DNA from: Longimicrobiales bacterium
GTDB taxonomy: Bacteria; Gemmatimonadota; Gemmatimonadetes; Longimicrobiales; Gaopeijiaceae
NCBI GenBank assembly: GCA_965238005.1
Contig: OZ250165.1
Location: forward strand, 992,001-1,056,000
DNA length: 64,000 nucleotides
Reading direction: 5' to 3'
In this document: positions 1 to 9,895 of the stretch, one piece after another
Position numbering within the stretch: position 1 is the first letter of the stretch
How the letters are laid out: the number at the start of each line of letters is the position of its first letter
Translations under genes and position numbers: made by a program
Notes under the pieces: generated by a model
Database searches by the model: none
What the model was told of the DNA's origin: nothing
The model's input: the letters and a program-made list of their open reading frames with translations, nothing else

Positions 1-569
1 CCCCACCACTCAACCAATAACACCTCTCTGATTCAACTCCTTGCAGATCACCATGATCCTCGCCCAGCTTCTGGACACCCTGGACGGCGCGGACACCGGA
101 TTTCGGGATTCTATCTGTGGAAGATCTGCTTAGAGGCGCGATTCGAGATCCTTTTATCTGGGATGACGACGGACGGCTTTATGTGCTGCTGTGGCTTGAC
201 GAGGTGGCTCGCCGGTTCCACGGATGGTCATTCGACCCCGACGACATCGACTGGCTTCATCTTTCCAGCGGCTGGATGCTCGACTTCGTTCAGAGAATCG
301 CCACGGATGAAGATGTTGACCCCGACGATCCGCAGATCGACCACCCCTTGCTCCGACACGTCTATGCCCGGCGAGGTGCTCTCGCCGACATCCACGAGTT
401 GAACGCTGTCGAAAACCAACTCTGGCCGATCCTCAGGCCCGATATTGGAGCTGTCCCGTTTCAGTGGACGGGTGAACACTGAGGTTTATAGTCTGTCCCC
501 CTCGCTGGGGAGAGGAAAGCTTCCCCCGCGCAGCGGGGGAGTAAAGGGCAACTTGGCCACGCAGGTTTC

Positions 570-1421
570 TCATGCTGCCGCTCCGTGGCGACGCTCGAAG
601 TTGATGGGCGACAGCTGACCCAGTGCCGAGTGTCGCCTCCGGGGGTTGTAGAAGCCCTCGATGAAGTCGAACACGGCCATCTTCGCCTCGGCCTGGGTCC
701 GGAAGCGCTGCCGGTCGAGTAGCTCGCACTCGAGCGTCGCGAAGAAGCTCTCGCACATCGCGTTGTCGTAGGCGTCGCCCACGGAGCCCATCGAGGGCCG
801 CACACCGACATCGTTGCAGCGTAGGCCGAAGGCGATCGAGGTGTACTGGGTTCCCTGATCACTGTGATGGATGACGCATTCGGGCCGGCGCTGCCAGGTC
901 GCCATGTTCAGCGCGTCCAGGACGAGCTCGGTGCGCAGGTGCGTAGCCATCGACCACCCGACCACCCGCCTGCTCCAGACGTCGAGCACAACCGCGAGGT
1001 ACAAGAACCCCGCCCAGGTCGGGATGTAGGTGATGTCGGCCACCCACAACTGGTCTGGCCCGTCTGCGCTGAAGTCCCGCTCGATGAGATCCGGCGCGGG
1101 ACGGGCGTCCTCGTTGCGCCTGGTCGTCTTCGGGCCGCGCCGCCTCCGGCTAGCTCCCACAATCTCGGCCTGCTTCATGAGCCGGCCCACCCGCTTCTCA
1201 CCGACCCGCTCGCCAGCTTCCTTGAGGTCCGCGTAGATGCGGGGCCGGCCATAGACCCTTCGGTTCTCGCGCCAGACCGTCTCGATCCGCTCTGTGAGCT
1301 CCTCATCTCGCTTCGCCCGAGCCGAAGGCTCGCGATCCAACCAGGCGTAGTAGCCGCTGGGGGAGAGATCCAGCACACGGCACATCGCCCGCACAGGGAA
1401 GTCGGCCTGATTCGTCTTCAT
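570..1421 (-). CDS. IS3 transposase OrfB (rve/DDE core)
   Basis: Motifs WVADITY, HHSDQGTQYTS, DNAMCESFFATLECE. Confidence 0.95.
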   Translation of the reverse strand: MKTNQADFPVRAMCRVLDLSPSGYYAWLDREPSARAKRDEELTERIETVWRENRRVYGRPRIYADLKEAGERVGEKRVGRLMKQAEIVGASRRRRGPKTTRRNEDARPAPDLIERDFSADGPDQLWVADITYIPTWAGFLYLAVVLDVWSRRVVGWSMATHLRTELVLDALNMATWQRRPECVIHHSDQGTQYTSIAFGLRCNDVGVRPSMGSVGDAYDNAMCESFFATLECELLDRQRFRTQAEAKMAVFDFIEGFYNPRRRHSALGQLSPINFERRHGAAA

Positions 1422-1732
1422 GAACTCGAACCCCGTTCCGGGATCGAGTTGCTCTCCCGAGCAAACCAGGCGGCGGCTTTTTTTAGAATCTCCTGCTCCA
1501 TGCGCAGACGCTTGTTGTCACGCCGAAGCTGCCTGAGTTCCCCACGCTCCTCCGTCGTCAGCCCGTCACTGCGACGGCCTTCATCCAAGTCAGCTTGTTT
1601 GACCCAGTTCCGTATCGCCCCGTTTGAGGGCTCGAACTCCCGGGCCAGCTCCTCCACGGAGCGGCCCGACCTGACCAACTCGACCATCTGCCGCCGAAAC
1701 TCCGGCGGGTACGGCGCATGTGTTCTTGGCAT
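1418..1732 (-). CDS. IS3 transposase OrfA (HTH)
   Basis: YPPEFRRQMVELV...ELRQLRRDNKRLRMEQEILKKAAAWF. Confidence 0.95.
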   Translation of the reverse strand: MPRTHAPYPPEFRRQMVELVRSGRSVEELAREFEPSNGAIRNWVKQADLDEGRRSDGLTTEERGELRQLRRDNKRLRMEQEILKKAAAWFARESNSIPERGSSS

Positions 1733-2630
1733 CGTGGACTCCTCCTGTCTCCCTCACTACTGAGGTGTCCACCAAAGCGGGTCAACTCCATATCGCGACG
1801 GGGAGCCGAGACTCGCTCTTCTTCGAAGCTCATATCAAGAGGCCTAAGCCTGTGGCGGAAGACTACGAGGAGTCCGCCTACGAGATCTTCGGACGCAGAC
1901 TAGGCGAACTCGTCAGCGAGCGAGAGCGTCTTAAGGGCTCTAAGGAAAAAAAGGCCGCTCAGAAGAAGATTGACACTTTTCTCGTTCAGATTGGAGCCAC
2001 ACGTCCTCAGGCGCGCCCGAACGTTGGGCCGCCAGAGGACATCATGATGAAGCTCTTTCACACAGGACGCCTTCTGATCGAGGCATGCTGGCAGAGCCTA
2101 GATCAGCGCCCGAGCACCCGAACCAAAGAATTCCTGACAGAGTGTGGAGTCGACGATGAAGCGACTCAGCAAGCCTGGGCTGTGCGTCTGGCGCTCCCTG
2201 TGCTGTCGTGCCGCGAAATCTCCGCACTGAGGGATCAGATCAAGAAGGACCGCACCTGGGCTGGTGGGGCGGATCTCCATCCCACAGCTCGACGATTCAC
2301 CGTGTGGCTCCTCGCACACCGCCTTGCTCTTTCAGCCGAAGCCGTCGCGACCAAAGTCGGAGCGGGCTCGGACTGGGATGCGTTCAAGGACCTTCCAAAC
2401 CCCATCTAAGGACCAGCCCTCCCGTCCCGTCCCATGAGGGGAAAACCCACGGGTTTTCGTTCTCATTGTGGTTCTCCCGCAGTCCTTATCCTTCTGGCCC
2501 ATCGTCCGAAGACCAACGGCGTCCGAGGGCGAATCACATACTGACCGGAAGATCGCAAAATGTCATCATCAAAGAAAACACAGTCTCAGCTAAAGGCGGT
2601 TCCGGTTTGCTGGACAAGTCGGCGGCCTAA

Positions 2631-3560
2631 TCAAGCCGCCTTCAGGGTGAGCTCCTGACGGACCTGGGCCGGGGTCCGATACCCATGCCGCTCTAGGAGC
2701 CACCCGCGGTTGTAGCGTTCGATAAACGCGTCGATCTCCTGTCTGGCCTCCTCGAGACTCTTGAAGTCGTGGAGGTACAAGCACTCCTCCTTCAGCGTCC
2801 GCATGAAGCGCTCTGCGACGCCGTTGCACTCCGGCTCTCCCACGTACGAGGCCGTCGAGCGGATCCCGAGCCAGGCCAGCTCCCCCTGGAACTGATGCGC
2901 CGTGTACTGCGGTCCCCAGTCGTGCCGTAGGCCGAGCCCCAGAGCGATCTTGGGCGCGTAGTCGTCCATGTGGGTCCGTACGCCCTGGCGGATCGGCTCG
3001 AGCGCTGCCCACCGATCGCCCTTCTTCGCCACGTGCCAGCCCACCACGTCCGTGACGCAGTGATCCACCGCCACGAAAAACCAGCACCACCCATCCTCCT
3101 TCGTGTAGAACCGCGTCGCGTCCGTGCCCCACAGCTCGTTCGGCACGTCCGTCGTGATCCGGCCACTGTGGCTCCGGTCCCCATGCGGATGCTTCCCGCG
3201 TCGTACAGGGGCCAGCAGCCCATTCTCCCGCATCAGCCTGAGCACGCGGTTCTTGCCCACATGGATCCCCTTCGGCCTCAGGCGCGCCCTCACCTTTCGA
3301 TGACCCTCGCCCAGGAAGTCGCTCTGCTTCAGCACCTGTCGGATCTCCTCTACCAACTCCTCGTCGCTCAGCTTCGTCTTCGGTCCTCGTTTCTTCGGCT
3401 CTGCCGGCCCCTCGCTCTCTTCTCGATCCCGGGCCGCATAGACCGTCGAGCGCCCCACCCGCCAGGCCTCGCAGATCATCGTCAGAGGGTAGGGCCGCCC
3501 GGTCCCCGGACTCACTCGCGTCCACGCTTCAAGAGCGTCCGTAGCTCGTCCCCGTACCCC
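2631..3560 (-). CDS. IS3-like transposase OrfB (DDE); 5' limit set by the frameshift
   Basis: LWGTDAT, LRHDWGPQYT, NGVAERFMRTLKEECL. Confidence 0.9.
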   Translation of the reverse strand, partial: GVRGRATDALEAWTRVSPGTGRPYPLTMICEAWRVGRSTVYAARDREESEGPAEPKKRGPKTKLSDEELVEEIRQVLKQSDFLGEGHRKVRARLRPKGIHVGKNRVLRLMRENGLLAPVRRGKHPHGDRSHSGRITTDVPNELWGTDATRFYTKEDGWCWFFVAVDHCVTDVVGWHVAKKGDRWAALEPIRQGVRTHMDDYAPKIALGLGLRHDWGPQYTAHQFQGELAWLGIRSTASYVGEPECNGVAERFMRTLKEECLYLHDFKSLEEARQEIDAFIERYNRGWLLERHGYRTPAQVRQELTLKAA

Positions 3561-3874
3561 CTTTTTTCCAGGAGCTCTCTCGCAAGCTCCAGTCGCATCG
3601 TCAACTCTCCCAGCTTCGCCTGGGTCCGGGTCAGCTCTCGTTCTCCAGGGTCCCGGCCCCGGCGCCTCAGCCCCTGCTGACCGGTCTCCAGAAACACCCG
3701 CCGCCATTCCTCCAACTCCGGTGGTGAGACCTGCACCTCGCGGCTGACCTCCACCAGATCCTCCCCCCGCAGCAGGCGCAGCACCACCTCCGTCTTATGC
3801 TGTGCGCTCCACCGCTCGGGTACCTTCTCACGACCTTCGGTCGCCTTCTTTTCCCTCGGCTTCTGGGCCATCAC
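3512..3874 (-). CDS. IS3-like transposase OrfA
   Basis: RWSAQHKTEVVLRLLRGE HTH followed by a coiled coil. Confidence 0.85.
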   Translation of the reverse strand: MMAQKPREKKATEGREKVPERWSAQHKTEVVLRLLRGEDLVEVSREVQVSPPELEEWRRVFLETGQQGLRRRGRDPGERELTRTQAKLGELTMRLELARELLEKRGYGDELRTLLKRGRE

Positions 3875-3937
3875 GTCCCTTTCTCTCTGGACCCGCTCTC
3901 TTTGCCAATCTACTGTCCAGAGAAACCGGGGAGCTCA

Positions 3938-4161
3938 AGGCGGAGAAGCTCGCCGGTCTTGAGAAGCTCAAGGGGAGTCTGTGGCATGCGTACAGGCGTA
4001 AGTGGGCGACGGAGAGGAAGCACCTACCTGGTGCTGATGTTGCAGCGGCTGGTGGCTGGGCGAACGAGTTGACGCTCTTGAAGGTCTACGAACAACCTGA
4101 TCCGGAGACTATGCTCATGGTCGTTCTCGGGGGCGGTGAACTGAGAGAGCGGAAGGCATGA
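3938..4161 (+). pseudogene. C-terminal remnant of a tyrosine recombinase/integrase
   Basis: WHAYRRKWAT (HxxR box), AGGW and downstream Tyr (KVYEQPD); N-terminus absent at the IS end. Confidence 0.7.
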
Positions 4162-4257
4162 ATCGCTCCGCTTCTTGCACAAAAGATTGCACACCCGGTT
4201 TCGCGGTGCGATCCGTGATGCGAGAGCAATGGCTTACGCAAGCCACGAAAGACCCAC

Positions 4258-4332
4258 GGGCGGTTAGCTCAGTTGGTTCAGAGCGCCTGGTTTACACCCA
4301 GGAGGTCACTGGTTCGAATCCAGTACCGCCCA
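4258..4332 (+). tRNA. tRNA-Val(TAC)
   Basis: GGGCGGT/ACCGCCC acceptor stem, CCTGG-TTTACAC-CCAGG anticodon arm, GGTTCGAATCC. Confidence 0.97.
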
Positions 4333-4613
4333 CTTAGGAAAACACAAGTCCCTGCAAGGCTTTCCGGGTCTGCGGGGCCTTCACTTACTTGATGGACAAA
4401 ACACTGCGTGCACAGTGCGTGCACGCGCCGCCGAGGTTCGTATGACGCTTGTTTCGGAGTGTAAAACAGACATACAGAATCCACTAACATCCAAAGGCCT
4501 CCCGGTAGATTCATAAACTCCTGTAATCGCAGCGCTTTACGCGGGTACTTCCCTACCTCTTCCCGCCCACACCGACCCTTGTAATCCACTGCCATCCCCT
4601 TTACGATTATGGG

Positions 4614-5894
4614 ATGGATAATGTGATCACTCCGCCCCGCATCCGCCGGAAGGGCAAGCCCAAGGGCCGCCATCCCCACAAGCGGCTCTCGACCGCCTTC
4701 GTGCGCTCCGCCCCGCCCGGTAGACACTGCGACGGCAACGGGCTCTACCTCTACGTGCAGCGGACCGGAACCCGGAGCTGGATTCAGCGGCTCGTCATCC
4801 GGGGGCGCAAGCGCGAGCTCGGGCTCGGCAGCGTCCCCCTGATCTCGCTCGCCGAGGCCCGCGAGCAGGCGCTGGCCAACCGGAAGCTCGCCCGCACGGG
4901 CGGTGACCCGCTGGCCGAGAAGCGCCGCTCGCTGGGCATACCCACCTTCGCCGATGCCGCCAAGCGCGTGGTCGAGCAGAAGCGGGCCGGGTGGCGCAGT
5001 TCGGAGCACCCGAGGAACTGGTTTCGCAGTCTGGAACTGTACGCCTTCCCGCGCATCGGGGAGGTGCCGGTCTCGGAGGTCACGAGCGCCGACGTGCTGG
5101 AGATCCTGACGCCCATCTGGCACGCGAAGGGGCCGACGGCGCGGACGGTGCATCTGCGCATCCGCGCGGTGCTGGAATGGGCCATCGCCATGGACTGGCG
5201 AACCGACAACCCGTGCGACCGGCTCCTGCCGGTGCTCGGCCCACAGCACGATGTCGTCCGGCACCGGACGGCCCTGCCCCACCGGGAGGTGTCGGCGGCC
5301 ATCGAGAAGGCGCGGGCGGCGAACCCGGGCAAGGTGGACACGTTGGCGTTCGAGTTCCTCGTGCTGACCGCGGCGCGGGGTGGGGAGGTGCGTGGGGCGG
5401 TGTGGAGCGAGATCGACCGGGACGCGCGCGTGTGGACGGTTCCCGCGAGCCGGATGAAGACCGCGCGCGAGCACCGGGTGCCGCTCTGCGGGCGCGCGCT
5501 GGAGATTCTCGATGCGGCGCGGAAGCTGGGCGGCGGCGAGAGTCCGATCGTGTTCGTCACGGAGCGCGGGAAAGCGCTGGGCGGCGAGCGGATGCGCCGG
5601 TTGCTCGAGAGGTACCGGATCGCGGCGGTGCCGCATGGGTTCCGGTCAAGTTTCCGCGACTGGGCCGCCGAAGAGACCGATCATCCCCGGGAGGTCGTCG
5701 AGGCGGCGCTGGCGCATGTGGTGAAGAACAAGGTAGAGGCGGCGTACATGCGCTCGGACCTGTTCGAGCGGCGGCGGCGGCTCATGAACGACTGGGCCTC
5801 CTATCTGGCCAGCGATTGCCTAGACCCGACCGCCGCGACTGGCGGTGTCTTGCACGCTAACGCACTCGTTGGAGCAGCCGACGAACATCCTTAA
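4614..5894 (+). CDS. P4/IntA-type tyrosine integrase with arm-binding domain
   Basis: DGNGLYLYV, LTAARGGEVRG, PHGFRSSFRDW, LAH, AAY motifs. Confidence 0.95.
   Translation: MDNVITPPRIRRKGKPKGRHPHKRLSTAFVRSAPPGRHCDGNGLYLYVQRTGTRSWIQRLVIRGRKRELGLGSVPLISLAEAREQALANRKLARTGGDPLAEKRRSLGIPTFADAAKRVVEQKRAGWRSSEHPRNWFRSLELYAFPRIGEVPVSEVTSADVLEILTPIWHAKGPTARTVHLRIRAVLEWAIAMDWRTDNPCDRLLPVLGPQHDVVRHRTALPHREVSAAIEKARAANPGKVDTLAFEFLVLTAARGGEVRGAVWSEIDRDARVWTVPASRMKTAREHRVPLCGRALEILDAARKLGGGESPIVFVTERGKALGGERMRRLLERYRIAAVPHGFRSSFRDWAAEETDHPREVVEAALAHVVKNKVEAAYMRSDLFERRRRLMNDWASYLASDCLDPTAATGGVLHANALVGAADEHP
5755..5810 (+). repeat. Integrase 3' segment, copy 1 of a diverged direct repeat
   Basis: CGGACCTGTTCGAGCG...CTCATGAACGACTGGGC...CTGGCC recurs at 7024-7080. 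Confidence 0.85.
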
Positions 5895-6924
5895 GTCGCT
5901 GCAGTTCGTCTGCCGATAAACCATCGGGATCAAAGTGCATTACGTCATTGCGGATTCCCCGGACTTCGATCAGCTGCGTGACGAAGGTATTTCGGTCCAG
6001 ACCCACTCCAAGGCGCTGCCAGTGCTCCGGCCTCTCCAGCAGACGCATGCACTCGCCGAACGTGAGGTCGGTCACACTATGCACCTCACGCTTTTCGTCA
6101 GCGGAGTCCTTCGCGTCTTTCAGTTCCTTAGGTGAGAAGTGCCCGTTGATGAGACGACGAAGCTGATTCTCGATCTCGCTTAGAAGCAGGAACGGTTCCG
6201 TATGTTCCCGAAACATGATGCTCAGGTCAGTAGTAGTAACGATACCCGCAATCAGATTCTCGGCCCCTCGAACCAGCACTACTTCGTGGTCCACAATCTT
6301 CTGGAACGCCGTAAGCAGCGAGTCTTCTGCTCTAACCTCCTCATATCTCTCCATGCATTTCCCGACGCGTGTGGATTCCACGCCTTTGGTACGTGCCAGC
6401 AGAACCGAGCGCCAGCTGATCATGCCATCCACGCTGCGCATGTCCTGCGTAACGGGCAACTGAGAATAGTCGTGCATCGCCATGAGGCTCAGGGCCTTCT
6501 CCACCGGGTCGTCACGGTTCACGGTTACCGGCGCCCGGTTCGCAGCGGGCAGCATCCGTACACGCAGTACCGGGTCTTCGATGAGTGCTTCCGAGGCCGA
6601 CGAATCCGTCGTGTCCGTGTTCGCATCTCTCAAGTCCTTCGGGTCTTGATCGTCACCGGGTTGAGGAAGGGCACCCATGTCATCGGCGAGCCAAAACGTC
6701 AACTACCCATCGATATAAGCTGTCGCGAAATCCGGCTCGGTCGATAGGCCCGTGCGGCGAAGCGCCCCTTTCACCGTCGCAACGACGCGCCAGCCTCGAC
6801 GCTGCTGACCAAACCACTCCAGCAACTGACGGACGGTTACGGTCGGGGGCGAGTCACCGTTCTTAAGGGACTCGGCGACCCTTCTGAGCTGGGACAGCCC
6901 ATTGGTGTTAGGCGGCGTATTTAT
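5857..6924 (-). pseudogene. CBS-pair plus HEPN-like (Rx4H) protein with in-frame amber stop at 6703-6705
   Basis: Two CBS repeats (YSQLPV, GIVTTTDL) and C-terminal RNDVMH; the frame stays open upstream of the TAG (TVRQLLEWFGQQRRGW...FATAYIDG*) to a GGAG/ATA at 6924. Confidence 0.75.
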
Positions 6925-7023
6925 GGGGGACAGCTCCGTGGTGATGATTGGCGCCGAAGCGGGCAGCCCTCACGAGACAGTGATGGGCCTGCATGATAGC
7001 AATGGAGTCAATCCCGTGGATCC

Positions 7024-7080
7024 CGGACCTGTTCGAGCGCCATCGGCGGCTCATGGACGACTTGGGCGGCGTACCTGGCC
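7024..7080 (+). repeat. Degenerate copy of the integrase 3' end
   Basis: Encodes DLFERHRRLMDD versus DLFERRRRLMND in the integrase. Confidence 0.85.
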
Positions 7081-7135
7081 GCCGGGAACCATCAGCGGCT
7101 CGGACCATGATCGCGCGTTCGGCCACGCTGGCGCA

Positions 7136-7369
7136 TCAGCTCCAGCGCCCGCGCAACGTCGCGGCGATCGTCCTGTAATCCGCGGCCAAGCGTGTCATTT
7201 GCCCGGAGAGCCGTTCGACTTGCTGCCGCAAGGTCTCGCTCTGCGCGGTCTGCCGCTCGACACGCTGCTGCAAGGCTTCGACCTGCTCGGAGTGCCGCTG
7301 CTGTTCCATCTCGTACTGAGCGGACAACCTCTCCAAGGCCGCCGTCAACTGCCGTTCTAGTTCGGTCAT
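7136..7369 (-). CDS. MbeD/MobD-like mobilization protein
   Basis: MTELERQLTAALERL coiled coil, nested in the relaxase gene as in ColE1. Confidence 0.8.
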   Translation of the reverse strand: MTELERQLTAALERLSAQYEMEQQRHSEQVEALQQRVERQTAQSETLRQQVERLSGQMTRLAADYRTIAATLRGRWS

Positions 7370-7378
7370 ATAGCTCCT

Positions 7379-7873
7379 TCACTCTCTCGACAGCTTCACG
7401 GCAGGCCGCCCGCCCAAGTTCAAGGGCGGATAGTCCAGCGTGCCGGCCGGCAGCACCACGAACCGCTCCCCGTCGATCTCCCGCAGCGTCACGCCCCAGG
7501 TCGTCTCCTCGATCCCGGCCAGGATCTCTCTCGCCTGCTCGATTTGCACGTTCACGGTCGCCAAGGTCCCGATCCGGCGTTCGATGCTCCTCGACAACCA
7601 GTGCATCGTCGCCCAGCTGCCGCCGCTGATACCGAGAAAAAGGCTCAGGCCGATCACCAGGGGCCGGACCCACGCGCGCCTCAGTAGGACGCTCACCCGC
7701 GCGGTCGCCGCCGCCGTATCGGCCTCGATGGAACGCAGCGCGCCGCTTGCGGCGGCGCTCAAGCTCTCGCCGAGCCGCCTCAGCTCGCGCGTGGCCGTCT
7801 CCTCGATCTGTCGGCGGTCGGCCTCCAGCTGGCGGCGCAGCCGGGAGGTCAAGTCGTTCGGGTTGGAAGTCAT
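7379..7873 (-). CDS. MbeB/MobB-like protein
   Basis: Single TM segment, TWGV...RFVVLP; nested ColE1-like position. Confidence 0.75.
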   Translation of the reverse strand: MTSNPNDLTSRLRRQLEADRRQIEETATRELRRLGESLSAAASGALRSIEADTAAATARVSVLLRRAWVRPLVIGLSLFLGISGGSWATMHWLSRSIERRIGTLATVNVQIEQAREILAGIEETTWGVTLREIDGERFVVLPAGTLDYPPLNLGGRPAVKLSRE

Positions 7874-8609
7874 GCTCGTACAGCGCTCCTTTCAGCCGCC
7901 ACCGCTTTCCGCTGTCCGGATCGCGGGCGGTCACGTAGTTCTTGCCCTGGCGCGGCACGTCGAGGCCGACCGCCTCCAGGGCGGAGACCACGTCGGCGCG
8001 GCCTTGCACCGCGCCATGCTCGACGCGTTGCACCAGGTAGTCGCGGATCAACTCGCGCGGGTCGGCTTCCTGCTCGAGGCCGGCCCGCAGCTTCGCCGCC
8101 TCGATGTAGGCCAGGTGGCCCGGCCGCTGCGCCCTGGCCCGCGCCGGGTCGTCGGGGCGGCTCCAACCGTGCTCGTGATTGAAGGCGTTTTAGCGCCGCG
8201 CAGCGGGTCGAAGGTCTTCTGCCAGCCGGGCGGTGCGATGTTCAGGCTGCGGCCCGTCTCCAGGTCGCACTGCGCGGCGAGGACGTGCACATGGACGCCG
8301 CTGCCGCGCTCGCGGTGCAGGACCGCCGTCCACGAGTAGCGGTCCGGCTCCAGTCCCGCCCACGCCGTCTTCTCGAACTCGTCCAGCACGGCTCCGATCT
8401 GTTCCTCGGTCGGCTGGTCGTCTGGCGCCCACGCGATCACGACCGACGTGTACTTGCGCTCGAACTCCAGCGAGTCGGCGACGGCGGCCACCATGTCCGG
8501 ATTCCCGCGGAGGACTTCGACGCCCTCGCGCCTGTGCCCCTCGGCGTCCCGCTCGCCGACGAGATAGTCGACCGCCGCCCGGGCCGAGCCCCTGCCATGC
8601 CGGAGGCAC

Positions 8610-9062
8610 TTAATGTGCATCCCCGCCGTCTCCGTCGAGGCGGGCCACGGCGAGCAGCGACCGCTCGAACGACACGAGGTTGGCGATCACCGCGACGGCT
8701 TCGACCGCCGAGGCGTGCGTGTTCGCCCAGCGCGCGAGCTGGTTCAGGTTGCTGCCGATGCGCGCGATCTGCCGGGTGCGCTCGCGCTCGACGGAGCGTG
8801 CAGGCGCGGTCCACGTTCGTGTCCGCGCCATCGCTTGCCGCAGCAACTCGGACGGTGACACGCCAGCGGCGGCCGCCTTCTCCTGCCAGACGGCGTGCTC
8901 CGCCGGGGTGACCCGGGCGGCGACCAGGGCGGTGCGCTCAGCCACGCGCGGGCCGTCGACGGGGTTCGGGGGGCGGCGAAACCGGCCTGCCCGCTGCTCG
9001 GGCAGCGACCCGACAAGCCGGGGGTTCTGAAGGGGGGCGCAGCGCCCCCTCGCCAGCCGCAA
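8610..9062 (-). CDS. mobC: MobC relaxosome accessory protein (RHH)
   Basis: IARIGSNLNQLARWAN motif; true start may lie downstream. Confidence 0.85.
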   Translation of the reverse strand: MRLARGRCAPLQNPRLVGSLPEQRAGRFRRPPNPVDGPRVAERTALVAARVTPAEHAVWQEKAAAAGVSPSELLRQAMARTRTWTAPARSVERERTRQIARIGSNLNQLARWANTHASAVEAVAVIANLVSFERSLLAVARLDGDGGDAH

Positions 9063-9100
9063 CGTTAAACGTGGCGTGGCCTGGCTTAGGCACCATAAGG
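9030..9100 (+). promoter_or_regulatory. Putative oriT with ColE1-type nic (CTGG/CTTA at 9081-9088)
   Basis: CTGGCTTA upstream of mobC, with a GGGGGCGC-A-GCGCCCCC hairpin. Confidence 0.7.
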
Positions 9101-9439
9101 GTGCCAGACAGCCCCCCGGCGAGCGCGCCGGACGGCCTCCGGCAGCGGGAATCTCGGGTCGGCGGAATCTCCATACCCCTACACGGAGAAGCCCTTCTCA
9201 CGCGGTGTCAACAGCGTGAATCGAGGCGATTTCCCAAGGGTTCCAGCGCCGTCCCAGAGTCGGATCGGCCTCCGCCAGCGCCGCCTCCATCGCCCGCTGA
9301 CTGATGGCGGACAGAGACCAGGAGGCCGAACCGATCCGCTGTTTCCGGGCTCGCAGCCGCGCGTTGGTTGTAGAGGTCGTGGTCTACAGAACGGATCGTA
9401 GATAGGTTTCTCTACACGCCTCGGTCATGGAGGAGTCGC

Positions 9440-9895
9440 GTGCAGCCTGCATCTCCGAATCATAGCACAGATCTGAGGAGCCTCCTGTCAAGAGCTGCGG
9501 AGGCTGCGTCGTACTCCGGCAAGAAGATGATGGAGTCTGCCGGTCTAAGTTGGCAGTCCCTCGCTGCATGGAAGGCCGGAACCCGAAGACCCCGTGCTGA
9601 GAGCATCCATGCGGTCGGTCACGCCCTGCTGCTTCGTGGTGATAGGATCCGCCGGATTGGCCTTGAGTTGATTCGGGCGGCTGAGCAGGCGTCTGGCCAG
9701 GGGAGGCCTACACCTGCGACCGATGATGGCCCGCAGCGCGTACTGTTCGCTCCGGCACGGGCCGCAGCCGAGACCTCCCAACGGCTGCACGACGATGGTG
9801 CGGAGGGTGCTCCCAACGACCGGCATGACTCGGGAAGGGCCTCGACAACCACCGGTAACTCGGAGGGCCTGAGTCTTGGATCGCGTCACACCTGA
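9440..9895 (+). CDS. Putative HTH (XRE-like) regulator preceding the RM genes
   Basis: AGLSWQSLAAWKAGTRRPR resembles an HTH. Confidence 0.45.
   Translation: MQPASPNHSTDLRSLLSRAAEAASYSGKKMMESAGLSWQSLAAWKAGTRRPRAESIHAVGHALLLRGDRIRRIGLELIRAAEQASGQGRPTPATDDGPQRVLFAPARAAAETSQRLHDDGAEGAPNDRHDSGRASTTTGNSEGLSLGSRHT

Larger units (their letters stand above)
446..1790 (-). mobile_element. IS3-family element, complete, with 3-bp TSD (TAT)
   Basis: Imperfect IRs TGGAGCTGTCCCGTTTCAGTGGAC / TGGAGTTGACCCGCTTTGGTGGAC; TAT at 443-445 and 1791-1793; orfA/orfB with A7G slippery site near 1477-1484. Confidence 0.95.
117..2409 (+). pseudogene. Hypothetical protein (~314 aa) split by an IS3 insertion
   Basis: Removing 446-1790 plus one TAT copy joins 117-445 in frame to 1794-2409 (945 nt; ...LRPD-I-ATGSRDSLFF...). 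Confidence 0.75.
2593..3937 (-). mobile_element. Second IS3-family element
   Basis: Ends share CCGGTTT..CTGGACA in inverted orientation; orfA/orfB with A6G slippery site near 3561-3567; left end approximate. Confidence 0.85.
7092..8620 (-). pseudogene. mobA: MobA/MbeA-like relaxase, frameshifted by an apparent 8-bp insertion at 8189-8196
   Basis: N-terminal DYL Tyr motif and HRERGSGVHVH; deleting GCGCTAAA restores DPLRDAFNHEHGWSRPDDP into the 7092-8051 frame. Confidence 0.8.
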
